Shown here: in pieces, positions 45,647 to 54,948 of the stretch
Layout: each line of letters begins with the position of its first letter
Position numbering within the stretch: position 1 is the first letter of the stretch
NCBI GenBank assembly: GCA_046704665.1
Contig: JBJKRJ010000057.1
Span: forward strand, 12,030 to 76,029
DNA length: 64,000 bases
Origin: Thermoplasmata archaeon
GTDB taxonomy: Archaea > Thermoplasmatota > Thermoplasmata > Lutacidiplasmatales > UBA184
Direction: 5' to 3'
Program-made: the position numbers and the translations under genes
Notes under the pieces: generated by a model
What the model saw: only the letters and a program-made list of their open reading frames with translations
What the model was told of the DNA's origin: nothing
The model's database searches: none

Positions 45647-47563
45647 CTACGGGTCGAACTCCCGCCGGCGGACCCGACCGCGGACGTACTCGCCGAACTC
45701 CGCCCGCGACATCGAACGGCTCTCCTTCGTGCCCCGCACCCGCACCGCGACCGTTCCCTCGCCGAGCTCCTTGTCGCCGAGGACCACGACATACGGGATC
45801 CGGTCGAGCTCCGCGGTACGGACCCGCTTTGAGAGCGATTCTTCGGTCCCGGTGACCTCGACCCGCACCTCGGCGGCCGCGAGCTCCTGGGCGAAGCCGT
45901 TCGCACCGGTCGCGTGCTGGTCCGTGACGGGGAGGACCCGGACCTGGACGGGGGCGAGCCACGGAGGGAAGCGTCCGGCGCAGTGCTCGATGAACACCCC
46001 GAGGAACCGCTCCCAGGTCCCGAGGATCGTCCGGTGGACCACCACGGGGTGGTGAAGCTGGCCGTCCGGCCCCTGGTAGACGAGGCCGAAGCGCAGCGGC
46101 TGCTGGTAGTCGAGCTGGATCGTCCCGGTCTGCCAGGGGCGACCAAGGGAGTCCCGGATGTGGATGTCGATCTTCGGGCCGTAGAACGCCCCCTCGCCCG
46201 CCGCGATCCGGTACTCGACCTTGGACTCCTTGAGCAGCGTGTCGAGGATCGCCTCGGCCCGGTCCCACTGGGCGATCTCCCCGAGGAACTTCTCCGGACG
46301 GGTCGAGAGCTCGTAGGACCAGTCGAGCCGGAAGGTCGAGAACGCTTCCCGGATCCAGTCGAGGAGGACCCGGATCTCGGGTTCGATCTGCTCCTCCGTG
46401 ACGAAGATATGGGCGTCGTCTTGGACCAGCTCCCGCACGCGGGTGAGACCGTGCAGCGTGCCGCTCGCCTCGAGACGGTGGAGCGGCGCGAACTCTGCGA
46501 GCCGCATCGGCAGCTCCCGGTAGCTCCGGGCCCGTGAGCGGAACACCAGCATCGACCCCGGGCAGTTCATCGGCTTCCAGCCGAAGGTCCGGTTCTCGAC
46601 CGTCGAGAGGAACATGTTCTCTCGATACAGGTCCCAGTGGCCGCTGGTCTCGTAGACCGACTGGGCGAACAGGAGCGGGGTACGGATCTCGGAGTACCCG
46701 GCGGCCCGGAGGTGCTCCGAGACGAACTTCTCGAGCTCCCGCACCATGATCATGCCCTTTGGGAGCCAGATCGGGAATCCGGGCGCCTCGTCGAGGAAGA
46801 GGAACAGCTCCTGGCGGGCGCCGATCGTGCGATGGTCCCGCGCTTCGGCCTCCGCGCGCAGCTTGAGGTACCGGTCGAGCTCCGGGCGGGTAGGGAACCC
46901 GACCCCGCGGATCCGCTGCAGCGGCACGGATCCCGGACCCTCCGGAGTGATCGCCGAAAAACCTAGGATGTGAACTCCTTCCAACCACCCGGTGTCGGGC
47001 ACGTGAGGGCCCCGGCACAGGTCGGTGAACGATCCGGTGTCGTAGACCGAGATCGGATCACCGGGGGGGACCTCCGAGATGTATCGGAGCTTGTGGGGGT
47101 TATCGGCGAAGGCCCGCTCGGCCTCCTCCCTCGGGATCTCGCGGCGGCGGAACGGTTCACGGGACCTCACCGACCGGTCCATCGCGGCGCGCACCGCATC
47201 CAGGTCGGAGGGGGTCAGGGGGCGAACATCGAAATCGTAGTAGAAGCCCTCCTCGGTCGGGGGGCCGACGGTCGGCCGCGCCTCGGGCACCGTCTCGACC
47301 AGGCCCTTCGCGACCAGGTGGGCGGCGGAGTGCTGGAGGATCTCGCGCCCGGCCCGGTCGGCGAAAGAGAGCGGTGCGAGGGCCCCCTCCTCGAGCAGAG
47401 GGGTGGCGAGATCTACCGGGCGCCCTTGCCAGAGCGCGGCCAGGAACTCCGCGGCCCTTTCCGGAGCCCACCGGCGCAGCGCCTCTTCGGCCGGGGTCCC
47501 AGGACTCACCGAAAAGTGGCGGCCGTCAGGGAAGGTGACCGTGAGCTCGGGGTCGTCGGACAT
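45647..47563 (-). CDS. thrS: Threonyl-tRNA synthetase (bacterial-type, with TGS and N2 editing domains)
   Basis: The TGS domain and the editing motif HSAAHL are followed by class II motifs (…FRLDWSYEL…, …GAFYGPKIDI…). The start is at MSDDPELTVTFPDG. Confidence 0.9.
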   Translation of the reverse strand: MSDDPELTVTFPDGRHFSVSPGTPAEEALRRWAPERAAEFLAALWQGRPVDLATPLLEEGALAPLSFADRAGREILQHSAAHLVAKGLVETVPEARPTVGPPTEEGFYYDFDVRPLTPSDLDAVRAAMDRSVRSREPFRRREIPREEAERAFADNPHKLRYISEVPPGDPISVYDTGSFTDLCRGPHVPDTGWLEGVHILGFSAITPEGPGSVPLQRIRGVGFPTRPELDRYLKLRAEAEARDHRTIGARQELFLFLDEAPGFPIWLPKGMIMVRELEKFVSEHLRAAGYSEIRTPLLFAQSVYETSGHWDLYRENMFLSTVENRTFGWKPMNCPGSMLVFRSRARSYRELPMRLAEFAPLHRLEASGTLHGLTRVRELVQDDAHIFVTEEQIEPEIRVLLDWIREAFSTFRLDWSYELSTRPEKFLGEIAQWDRAEAILDTLLKESKVEYRIAAGEGAFYGPKIDIHIRDSLGRPWQTGTIQLDYQQPLRFGLVYQGPDGQLHHPVVVHRTILGTWERFLGVFIEHCAGRFPPWLAPVQVRVLPVTDQHATGANGFAQELAAAEVRVEVTGTEESLSKRVRTAELDRIPYVVVLGDKELGEGTVAVRVRGTKESRSMSRAEFGEYVRGRVRRREFDP

Positions 47564-47879
47564 CGGAGAGGCCTCGGCTCGACCCACACCGCCATCAAAT
47601 AGCCTTCCCTGCCGACGACCGTAGGGCGGATTCCGCGGTGGCGGTCCCCTCTCCCCTACCCATCTCCGCCGGCTCGGGGCCGGGCGCGGCGACGTCGGTC
47701 CGGCGCTGGCAGGGCGTCCTACCTATGGGCCGGGGCGGACGAAGTGCGGATGCGGCGGTCCGGTAGGGGGGCACGCGGCCGGGGATACGCTCAGCTCGCC
47801 CATCATTCATCATGCGTCAGCCGGTTCTGGTTCTCATCATCGCTTCCCCGGCGCCCCACGGACGTGTCGAAACCTCGAT

Positions 47880-48515
47880 TCACTCCTTCCAACGATCGTA
47901 GAGGTCCTCCAAGTGGAAAACCCCTCCGGCCGCTCCGGCCTCCCCCAGGCGGGAGGTCTCCCTCACCGAGAACGACCCATCGACCCAGGTCGGGCCCTCG
48001 GCCGCGATCGCCCGTACGATCGACCAGTCGAATTCGGTCCCCCGCGGAGAGAGCACGACGTGGTCCGGGCCCACCGCACGCACGGTCCGTGCGAGCTCGA
48101 CCGGGTCCGAGGTTCCCCAGTCGGCCGCCGCCGGCAGGACCTGGGAGTGCTCGAGCTCGATCTCAAAGACGAGCTCGCTCGAGAGCCGCCAGGCACGCGC
48201 CAGCTGCTTCGGGGACCGGAGATAGGCGCTCGAGAGCACGGCGCGCCGGGCCCCCGTGATCAGGATGTCGATCGCCTGGTCGGCCGATCGGACCCCGGCG
48301 TCGACCCAGAGCGCCATGTCGCGCGCGATCTCCTGGAGGTAGTCGAGCTGGGGGTTCCCGTGCTCGATACCGTCGAGGTCGACGACATAGAGCAGGGAAT
48401 AATCCGGGGCGAGCCGGTCGACGACATCGAACGGGTCGAACGGCGTGCCGCCCGGCGTCGTGGCGACCGTCGGTCCGTCCGGGCCGGGTCGGAACACCCG
48501 TCCGCCCTTCAGCAT
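47880..48515 (-). CDS. HisA/HisF-family TIM-barrel protein
   Basis: …CLMLKGGRVFRPG…LYVVDLDG… resembles the HisA/HisF phosphate-binding N-terminus. Both the start and the function are uncertain. Confidence 0.5.
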   Translation of the reverse strand: MLKGGRVFRPGPDGPTVATTPGGTPFDPFDVVDRLAPDYSLLYVVDLDGIEHGNPQLDYLQEIARDMALWVDAGVRSADQAIDILITGARRAVLSSAYLRSPKQLARAWRLSSELVFEIELEHSQVLPAAADWGTSDPVELARTVRAVGPDHVVLSPRGTEFDWSIVRAIAAEGPTWVDGSFSVRETSRLGEAGAAGGVFHLEDLYDRWKE

Positions 48516-48603
48516 CAGACACGGCACGAGCGCCGGGTCACCCGGGACCTTCGAGCCCTCCCGCGGGACGGAACGAAGGGGAGCGCGGGGCGCCACGGGT
48601 CCG

Positions 48604-50100
48604 GTGAGGGGCGTCAAGGATTTCGTGCTTTGCGCCTCCGCTCAACTTATCCTTGGCGGCGGTGCTGGGAGTCCGGCGCCGGGCGAGAACGCACCGGCCT
48701 CGGACCGAATCGTGACGCCCTCCTCCGAGTCCGCTTCTCGCTTCGGGGCGCTGCTGACCGTGGTCCTCGCCCTCGTCGTGGTCACCGCGGGGCTCGCGGT
48801 CCGTTCGCAGACCGTATCGAGCGGGCCCACCTGCGCGACGCAGTGGCAGTCCGACCCCACGACGGCCACGCCCGTGAAGCACCTCTTCATCCTCGTCATG
48901 GAGAACCATGCCTTTGAGAACTACTTCGGGGACCTCCCGGGCGTCCTCGGGTATCCGCCGAGCGGCTCGTTCCCCGCTTCGTTCGGAGGAGGCGGGAACG
49001 TCTCGCCGTTCCCGTTGCCGGGCTACTCCACTCCCGAGCTGCCGCACGACGCCGCCTCCAACCTCATCGACTACAACCAGGGCCAGAACAACCTCTTCGT
49101 GGCCCAGGCGGCCGCCATGGGATCCGCGGCCCCGGCCGACGCGGTCGGTTACTACACCGCCCGCCAGCTCCCGGCCTACTATGCCTACGCCGAGAACTAT
49201 ACGCTCGGGGACCGGTTCTTCACGGGGGTGCTCGGACCAACGTTCCCCAACCGGGTCTTCGACCTGAGCGCGAACGTCGGGAACTGGAACGCCGACACCT
49301 TCCCCCCGGCCCAAGTCACCGATCAGCCGACGATCCTCGGAGAGCTCACCGCGCACAGTCTCCCATGGTACTACGGCTACGCGGGACCTCCCGAGTTCCT
49401 CGCCCCACGCTTGTTTCCCTCCCTCGCGCTCGACCCGTGCAGCTCGACCCGGATCGCCCCCGCGTCCGGCCTCGCGAGCGAGCTCACGAGCTCCTCTCCC
49501 CCTTCCGTCGTCTACCTCGACCCGTCGAACAGTGGGATGTACAGTGAGCACCCCCCCGAGAACGTCACCGTCGGAGAGGAGTGGAGCGTTGCCGCCGTCA
49601 ACACGATCTTCGAGAGCCCGGTCGCGAGCTCTTCGGCCGTCCTCATCTTCTTCGACGAGAACGGCGGGTTCTGGGACCCGGTCCCACCGCCCATGACCAG
49701 TACCGGGCGCGACGGTTTCCGAGTTCCGTTCCTGGTGCTGTCTCCGTGGACGCCCGCGGGGAAGGTCTGTTCAGAGACGGTCGACCCCGCATCGGTCCTT
49801 CACTTCATCGACGCGAACTGGGGACTGCCGTTCCTCACCTCGCGCGTCGCCCTCAGCTCCAACCTCTCCTGTTTCTTCGATTTCGCTCAGACCCCACGGG
49901 CTCCGCTCCTCCTTCCGACCCCGATCACGCTGGGGGAACCTCAGGCGACGGGATCGCACCGGGCGGTCGGCGCCGTGGCCGCCCCATCGCCGCCGGTCCC
50001 GGCATCGGAGCCGTGGCTCCTGGCCACTTCTCCGGAGGTGCGGGAGCCCTTTTGGCCCCCCACGCCCTGCTCGATCCGCCAGGAGGTGGAGGGCAGCTGA
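48604..50100 (+). CDS. Phosphoesterase family protein (phospholipase C / acid phosphatase AcpA family) with an N-terminal TM/signal anchor
   Basis: KHLFILVMENHAFENYFGDLPGV is the phosphoesterase-family signature; the N-terminal TM is FGALLTVVLALVVVTAGLAV. A GTG start is assumed because the track ORF start overlaps the upstream convergent gene. Confidence 0.7.
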   Translation: MRGVKDFVLCASAQLILGGGAGSPAPGENAPASDRIVTPSSESASRFGALLTVVLALVVVTAGLAVRSQTVSSGPTCATQWQSDPTTATPVKHLFILVMENHAFENYFGDLPGVLGYPPSGSFPASFGGGGNVSPFPLPGYSTPELPHDAASNLIDYNQGQNNLFVAQAAAMGSAAPADAVGYYTARQLPAYYAYAENYTLGDRFFTGVLGPTFPNRVFDLSANVGNWNADTFPPAQVTDQPTILGELTAHSLPWYYGYAGPPEFLAPRLFPSLALDPCSSTRIAPASGLASELTSSSPPSVVYLDPSNSGMYSEHPPENVTVGEEWSVAAVNTIFESPVASSSAVLIFFDENGGFWDPVPPPMTSTGRDGFRVPFLVLSPWTPAGKVCSETVDPASVLHFIDANWGLPFLTSRVALSSNLSCFFDFAQTPRAPLLLPTPITLGEPQATGSHRAVGAVAAPSPPVPASEPWLLATSPEVREPFWPPTPCSIRQEVEGS

Positions 50101-50402
50101 CGGTGGACCGCGTCGGCAACGACCGGCCGCTGAGGAAAGTCCCCTCTCCGGGAAACACGGGGTCGGGTGGGAGCCCGACGGGCGAGAGTCCGAGCTCCGG
50201 AGCAGAAACGACACAGCCGGATGGAACGGTGAAGAGGGTGCCTCGGAGACTCCATCGGGATATGGTGAAACGGCCGACTCCCCGGGAGCAAGCCCTGAGA
50301 GACGGGATGAGGAGTTTCCCTGACCGTCGAGGAGAGCGCGGAGTCGAATGCTGCCTGAAACGGAAAGGGGCTTACTACCACGACCTGGCCGGCACGTCAG
50401 TA
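50095..50402 (+). ncRNA. rnpB: RNase P RNA (archaeal type A-like)
   Basis: Conserved blocks are GAGGAAAGUCC (CR-I, 50132-50142), GGUGAAACGG, CCCGGGAGCAAGCCC (compare bacterial CCGGAGCAAGGCC) and ACGGAAAGGGGCUUAC (CR-V, P4 3' strand). The P4 pairing AAGUCCCC/GGGGCUU is possible. GC content drops locally. The boundaries are approximate. Confidence 0.6.
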
Positions 50403-50442
50403 AAATGACGTGCCGCCGGCCCGGAAACACTCGTTTCCGGGC
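50390..50442 (+). other. Two consecutive perfect hairpins (ggcacgtca-gtaaaa-tgacgtgcc and cccggaaac-actc-gtttccggg) at or after the 3' end of the RNase P RNA
   Basis: These are inverted repeats read directly from the sequence. They may be a 3' processing or terminator structure, or P1-proximal. Confidence 0.4.
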
Positions 50443-50631
50443 CGGGAACCCCGGAGGCTCGCGAGAACCGGTCGATCCCCGCGCTCTGTTCGGCCGGGTC
50501 GCCGCCGATCTAGTAGGTCGTTTCGACTAGGGTGCTTGGCGTCCTTTCTGACCTGCTCACAAAGCCAATCCATTGCCGGCGACCTAGTCTTTCGGGACAT
50601 TGAAATATGCTGAATCCGGTCCAGGGCGGCC

Positions 50632-51414
50632 GTGAATCTGCGTCAGGCATGGATCGTCGTCGCGTTGTGGCTGGCGACCGTCACCGCGTTTTACTTTTGG
50701 TTCGACTACGCTGCGGTAACCGCAATCTTCCATCAGGAGAAGGACATGGCGGGGAACACCCTGTTCCAAGTCCCGGGCTACGCAAACACCGTCTATCCAT
50801 TCACGTACGTGGGCGTTGCCGCCTCGCTGGTGGGCGTTGCCTGGTTCGTCTACGCTCAGGAGCGCGATCGAATTCCGAAGTGGGGGGCGGCGCTCCTGGG
50901 CGTCCTTGTCGCCAACGTCGCTTCTATCGGCATGATCGACGTCTACGAGCAGGCGTTCGTCACGCTGGGTTATTTCACGCCCCAGAGCCATGCCTCGGAC
51001 GCCGTCTGGCTCCAGCTGTATTGGGGGAACCCGTCCGCAGCCGCAGGGACCTTCGGCGGGATGGTGATCGTCCTATCGATACTGCCTTGGGTCCGAAAGC
51101 GCAATTGGCCCGGGGTCGCCCTATGTGGTGCCCTCACCGGCGTGGTCTTCGCGGTCTGGTTTGCCCGCGGATTCTGGTTTCCGCCAAACGGCGACGCGGC
51201 TGACTATTGGATGAACGCTCTCTCCCGTGTGGCGTCGCAGCTCGCACTCGTAGCGGCTGTCTCGAGCACGGATTGGGTTCAAGCTCTGGCTCGTTCGACC
51301 TTGCGCCCTTCGCGAAGACTCTTCGGGGGTATTCTTCGTCGCCCTCAAGATTTCGCGGAAGTGACCAACCCCGCCGCACGCCCGTCCGCTCCGGAAGACG
51401 GTTCGCGTTTCTGA
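50632..51414 (+). CDS. Hypothetical polytopic membrane protein (about 6 TM) in a lower-GC segment
   Basis: 260-aa ORF with hydrophobic Trp/Phe-rich segments. The start is GTG. Confidence 0.45.
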   Translation: MNLRQAWIVVALWLATVTAFYFWFDYAAVTAIFHQEKDMAGNTLFQVPGYANTVYPFTYVGVAASLVGVAWFVYAQERDRIPKWGAALLGVLVANVASIGMIDVYEQAFVTLGYFTPQSHASDAVWLQLYWGNPSAAAGTFGGMVIVLSILPWVRKRNWPGVALCGALTGVVFAVWFARGFWFPPNGDAADYWMNALSRVASQLALVAAVSSTDWVQALARSTLRPSRRLFGGILRRPQDFAEVTNPAARPSAPEDGSRF

Positions 51415-51642
51415 CGCGCTCCCTGAGGGGTGGATCGCCAGAATCCCGATGAGGCCCCGGTTTCCCGGGGACCGAAGTGCGTGGTCCTATGCCTTGAGCC
51501 GTCGAGGAGGGAGTGTCCGAAGGCGCGCGTCAACGATGAACTCGACGGCTCGCTTCGCCTTGATCCGGCTCATTACGGGCGCATTCTCTGACGTGTCCGC
51601 TGTAACGGGGCCTAGTACCGCGACCTCGCCGCTCCGGCGGGG

Positions 51643-52677
51643 TCATACCGCGAGCCGGCCCGCCGCGCGAAGCACATAGAGCGCGTCCGTAGTGACCCAG
51701 TCGTTCCTCCGCGTCGAGTGGGGAGCGCCCCAATCTACGAACTCGGCGCCGAACCGGTACTCCTTCGAGACACGGTAGTACCGTGCGTCGAGGGGCCATC
51801 CACCCCGTTCGAGCTCCCGGCCCTCGAGCCAGTCCAGCGCCTCGCGGCACCGGGGGTCGAGGATCCGCCCCAGGTCCGTCATCCCCTTGAGACCTCCGAG
51901 GACATCGTAGTGCCAGTAGAGCGGGTAGTGCAGTCTCAGGAAATCCGGTCGCATGACCCTACCGTCGGACCTTCGGCGGAAGAGCCCCCGTCCTAGGAAT
52001 ACCTCGGACGCGCGATACGCGGCGCGTCGGGCGCGGGACGACCCGCTCCGCTCCGAATAGGTAAAGAGGGCACGCATGGGGGTCAGCGTCTCCATGAACG
52101 ATGAGGTATCGGCCTCCGGCGACGGATCGCAGTTCCAGCCGCCGTCCGCCCACTGCCATCGCTCGAGCAGCGCAGAGAGTCGGTCGACCCGCGCATCGAG
52201 GTCGCCGAGCACGGTCGCATACAGCAGGGCGTTCCCCTGCTGCGAGGCGCACCGGCGGTACCGTCCTCGCAGTAGCGGCACCCCATCGTGCGGGCCCTTC
52301 CCGATCTCCGCGGCCGCAACGATGGTACGGTCGTAATGCGGGTGGGTCCACATCCCGAGCGCCCGGTCGAGCAACGGCGTGAGCGTCGGGTCGCCCGGTG
52401 GGTAACCGATATCGACCAGCGAGGTGAGCGCCCAGTGAATACCCTGCCAGTACCGGTAGATGCCTCCGGACATGCCCTTCCGATAGGGCGCGTTGCGGCG
52501 CGAGAGGATCGCCTCGACCCGGGAGGATCCTCGCACCTCTTCCTCGAGCCGTCGCACGCTCGCGCTCGAGCGAGGCTGCCCGAGGATCCGCACGCGGGTC
52601 CGCCACCGGACCGACGGGTCCGCAGATCGAGCCAACTCCCGGATCAGGGTGCGCCGCGTCGCCCTGCTCGCGGTCAT
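51643..52677 (-). CDS. Alpha/alpha-toroid protein with prenyltransferase/squalene-cyclase-type (QW-like) repeats
   Basis: The repeats are …RWQWADGGWNCD… and …GRELERGGWPLD… (Q/R-x2-3-GGW). 344 aa from MTASRATRR. Its ATG overlaps the upstream HAD stop. Confidence 0.55.
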   Translation of the reverse strand: MTASRATRRTLIRELARSADPSVRWRTRVRILGQPRSSASVRRLEEEVRGSSRVEAILSRRNAPYRKGMSGGIYRYWQGIHWALTSLVDIGYPPGDPTLTPLLDRALGMWTHPHYDRTIVAAAEIGKGPHDGVPLLRGRYRRCASQQGNALLYATVLGDLDARVDRLSALLERWQWADGGWNCDPSPEADTSSFMETLTPMRALFTYSERSGSSRARRAAYRASEVFLGRGLFRRRSDGRVMRPDFLRLHYPLYWHYDVLGGLKGMTDLGRILDPRCREALDWLEGRELERGGWPLDARYYRVSKEYRFGAEFVDWGAPHSTRRNDWVTTDALYVLRAAGRLAV

Positions 52678-53456
52678 GCGGAGGATCGGACCGAGCGGTT
52701 CGATCGGCGGATCCTCGCGGGCTGTCCTCGGCCCGGACGGCGCCGCGCGGGCCGGGGCGGACCGGGGCGCCACGTCCTTCCGCCCTCGTTTCCGGGGGCC
52801 GAGAGCCCTTCCGGCCGGAGCGCCGCGAGTGTACGGAGCCAGCGCACGGCGTCCCGCCCTCCCGTGACCCGATGCGCGCGGACCCCAACGCGACGCGCCG
52901 CTCGCACATTGGTGAGAGAATCGTCCAAGAAGAGCACCCGATCCGCCGGCACCCCGCCCCTCCGGAGCGCCACGCGGAAGAATGAGGCGCTCGGCTTCAG
53001 GGCCCGCACTTGGAACGAGAGTACCGCTCCGTGCGCCGCGTCGCCGATCGCGAAGCTCCGGTTTAGGCCGAGCCAGACCTCCCGTGACACGTTGCTCGTG
53101 ATCAGGATCCGAACCGGCGCCGAGGCACGAAGTCGCCGCAGCGCCGAGAGGACCGGCCGGACGGGGACGAGCGACGTTCGGCTCACCAACCGGTGGAAGC
53201 CGCGGTAGCCTATGGAGACTCCGAAGTCCCGGCGGAGGCGTTCGTGCATGGCCCGAAGGTCGATCGCACCCAGGTCGAGCGCGCGGCTCAGCCGGTAGTA
53301 GGCGGGTCCGAGACGCCGCGGGTCGAGCCGGTCCTGAGCGCACAGGCGGCGCACGACCATCGGCCGAGGATCTTGAAAGAGGACGCCGCCCAGATCGATC
53401 CATAGGACCCGGGCGTCGGCGGACATCGTCTCCGAACTGCGGTCTGTCCCGCTCAT
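52674..53456 (-). CDS. HAD-superfamily hydrolase
   Basis: Motif I is WIDLGGVLF, and the downstream Ser/Thr and Lys/Asp motifs are present (…FLDDSLTNV…). It overlaps its neighbours by 4 nt on both sides. Confidence 0.7.
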   Translation of the reverse strand: MSGTDRSSETMSADARVLWIDLGGVLFQDPRPMVVRRLCAQDRLDPRRLGPAYYRLSRALDLGAIDLRAMHERLRRDFGVSIGYRGFHRLVSRTSLVPVRPVLSALRRLRASAPVRILITSNVSREVWLGLNRSFAIGDAAHGAVLSFQVRALKPSASFFRVALRRGGVPADRVLFLDDSLTNVRAARRVGVRAHRVTGGRDAVRWLRTLAALRPEGLSAPGNEGGRTWRPGPPRPARRRPGRGQPARIRRSNRSVRSSA

Positions 53457-54709
53457 CCCGGAGCTTGGGTGGGACCCTCACTCGCCGCGCCATGGCCCGG
53501 GACTCGCTCGTCCCGCCGCTGCGAAGACGCAGGACCGGGCGGGAACTCGAACCGTGCCACGAACTCCCCGAGACCCGCCACCTCCACGCTCGACTGCCGG
53601 CCCTCCGCTCCCCCGTCGTATCGGTTGACAAAGGCGGTCCGGAAGCCGAGCCGGTCGGCGGTAGCGATGTCGTGCTCGAACGACCCCGCCACGTGCCACA
53701 CGGCCTCAGGGTCCGTTCCGGTCCGCTCGAGGAAGCGGATCCAATGGGGGGGTGCCGGCTTGTACGACCGTACCTCTTCCGCGGTGATCGACAGATCCAT
53801 GGCGAGTCCCTGGTGGGAAAGGGTCTGGTCCAGGAGGTCGCGGTCGATGTTCGAGAGGACGGCGAGGTGGACCCCCCGGTCCCGAAGGGTGCGTAGGGCG
53901 TCCGCGGCGTCGGGAAAGAGCGGCCACTGAGGAATCGAACCGACCACTTCCTCGGCCGCGGAGCGATCGAGTTCCGAGCCGAGCTCGCGTGCGGTCGCAC
54001 GGAGCGCCGCCTCCATCGTGGCACGGTAGCTCTGATAGGGCCCGGACTCGATCCTCCGTTCCTCTACGAGGTACCGTCGGAAGAACCGGTCGAACTCCTC
54101 CTTCGTCCGTAGGGGGATCCTGTGGTCGAGCGCGGTCCGAAGCCCCGCGCGCCAGTCGACGAGCGTACCGTAGCAGTCGAAGGTCACCCACCGTCCCGGC
54201 GACGCTCCCCCTTCCGCTACCGGGGCGACCGGGACGGCCCGGCCGCCCGTCGCTTCAAGGAGCTCGAGCGAGGTGAGGCGGCAGACCGCGTTGGGGGTAC
54301 CTGCCGCGGCCCATACCTCGGACTGCTCGAGGAGACGATAGTCGACGAACGTCGGTACCCGCTGAACGTGTCCCAACGGCGGGACTCCCCCGATCGCGAA
54401 ACCGGTCGCTGAGCGCACGAACTCGGGGTCCGCCCGACCCAGGCGCTCCCCGACGAACCGCTCCATCCAGTTCTCGTCGATCCGGTGATCCCCGCTTGCC
54501 AGCACCAGGACGGGGCGGGACGTCGTGGCCGTTCGGAAGACGATCGACTTCACGATCTGGCGGACCTCGCAGGAAAGGGCGCGCGCCGCGTCGGCGGCGG
54601 TGCGAGTCGACTCCGGTAGCTCGCGCACGCGATCATGCAGGCCGAGTTCGCGGAGCGTCGAGTCGACCCGTCGGGCCGACGGTTGGTCGGGGGTCTCGGA
54701 CTCCTCCAC
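53453..54709 (-). CDS. Fusion of a YbaK/ProX-type aminoacyl-tRNA trans-editing deacylase domain with a HAD-superfamily hydrolase (type II haloacid dehalogenase-like)
   Basis: The N-terminal domain (…VKSIVF…PVLVLASGDHRID…FAIGGVPPLGH…) is YbaK-like. The C-terminal domain has DCYGTLVDW (HAD motif I), SYKP and a Gly/Asp motif. Confidence 0.7.
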   Translation of the reverse strand: MEESETPDQPSARRVDSTLRELGLHDRVRELPESTRTAADAARALSCEVRQIVKSIVFRTATTSRPVLVLASGDHRIDENWMERFVGERLGRADPEFVRSATGFAIGGVPPLGHVQRVPTFVDYRLLEQSEVWAAAGTPNAVCRLTSLELLEATGGRAVPVAPVAEGGASPGRWVTFDCYGTLVDWRAGLRTALDHRIPLRTKEEFDRFFRRYLVEERRIESGPYQSYRATMEAALRATARELGSELDRSAAEEVVGSIPQWPLFPDAADALRTLRDRGVHLAVLSNIDRDLLDQTLSHQGLAMDLSITAEEVRSYKPAPPHWIRFLERTGTDPEAVWHVAGSFEHDIATADRLGFRTAFVNRYDGGAEGRQSSVEVAGLGEFVARFEFPPGPASSQRRDERVPGHGAASEGPTQAPG

Positions 54710-54948
54710 AAGAGGCCGTCAGCGGTCGGCCGACTATAGACTGTGCGGATGGGGCCGGGACGGCGGCTTCACCCTCGGAGACCCGCCCCGAGCCCGGGGT
54801 CTTGCGCCGTTCGCCAGAGTTTCCAACCGCATGGTGCCCTGTTTGAGCGCTTCGCAGCCCTTCTTGATGCTCGGCGAAAGAACTTAATCCCAGAAGCAAG
54901 TCCGTGCGCCGGGTTGGCATGGTGCGCGCTAGCGTAGGGAGGAATTAA

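Noticed and set aside
47590-47880. About 290-bp non-coding region upstream of thrS, considered as a possible SRP (7S) RNA or other ncRNA
   Set aside because: I looked for the helix-8 motif GGAAGG(A/G)AGCAGC and typical 7S features and found none. It is more likely the thrS promoter and 5' region.
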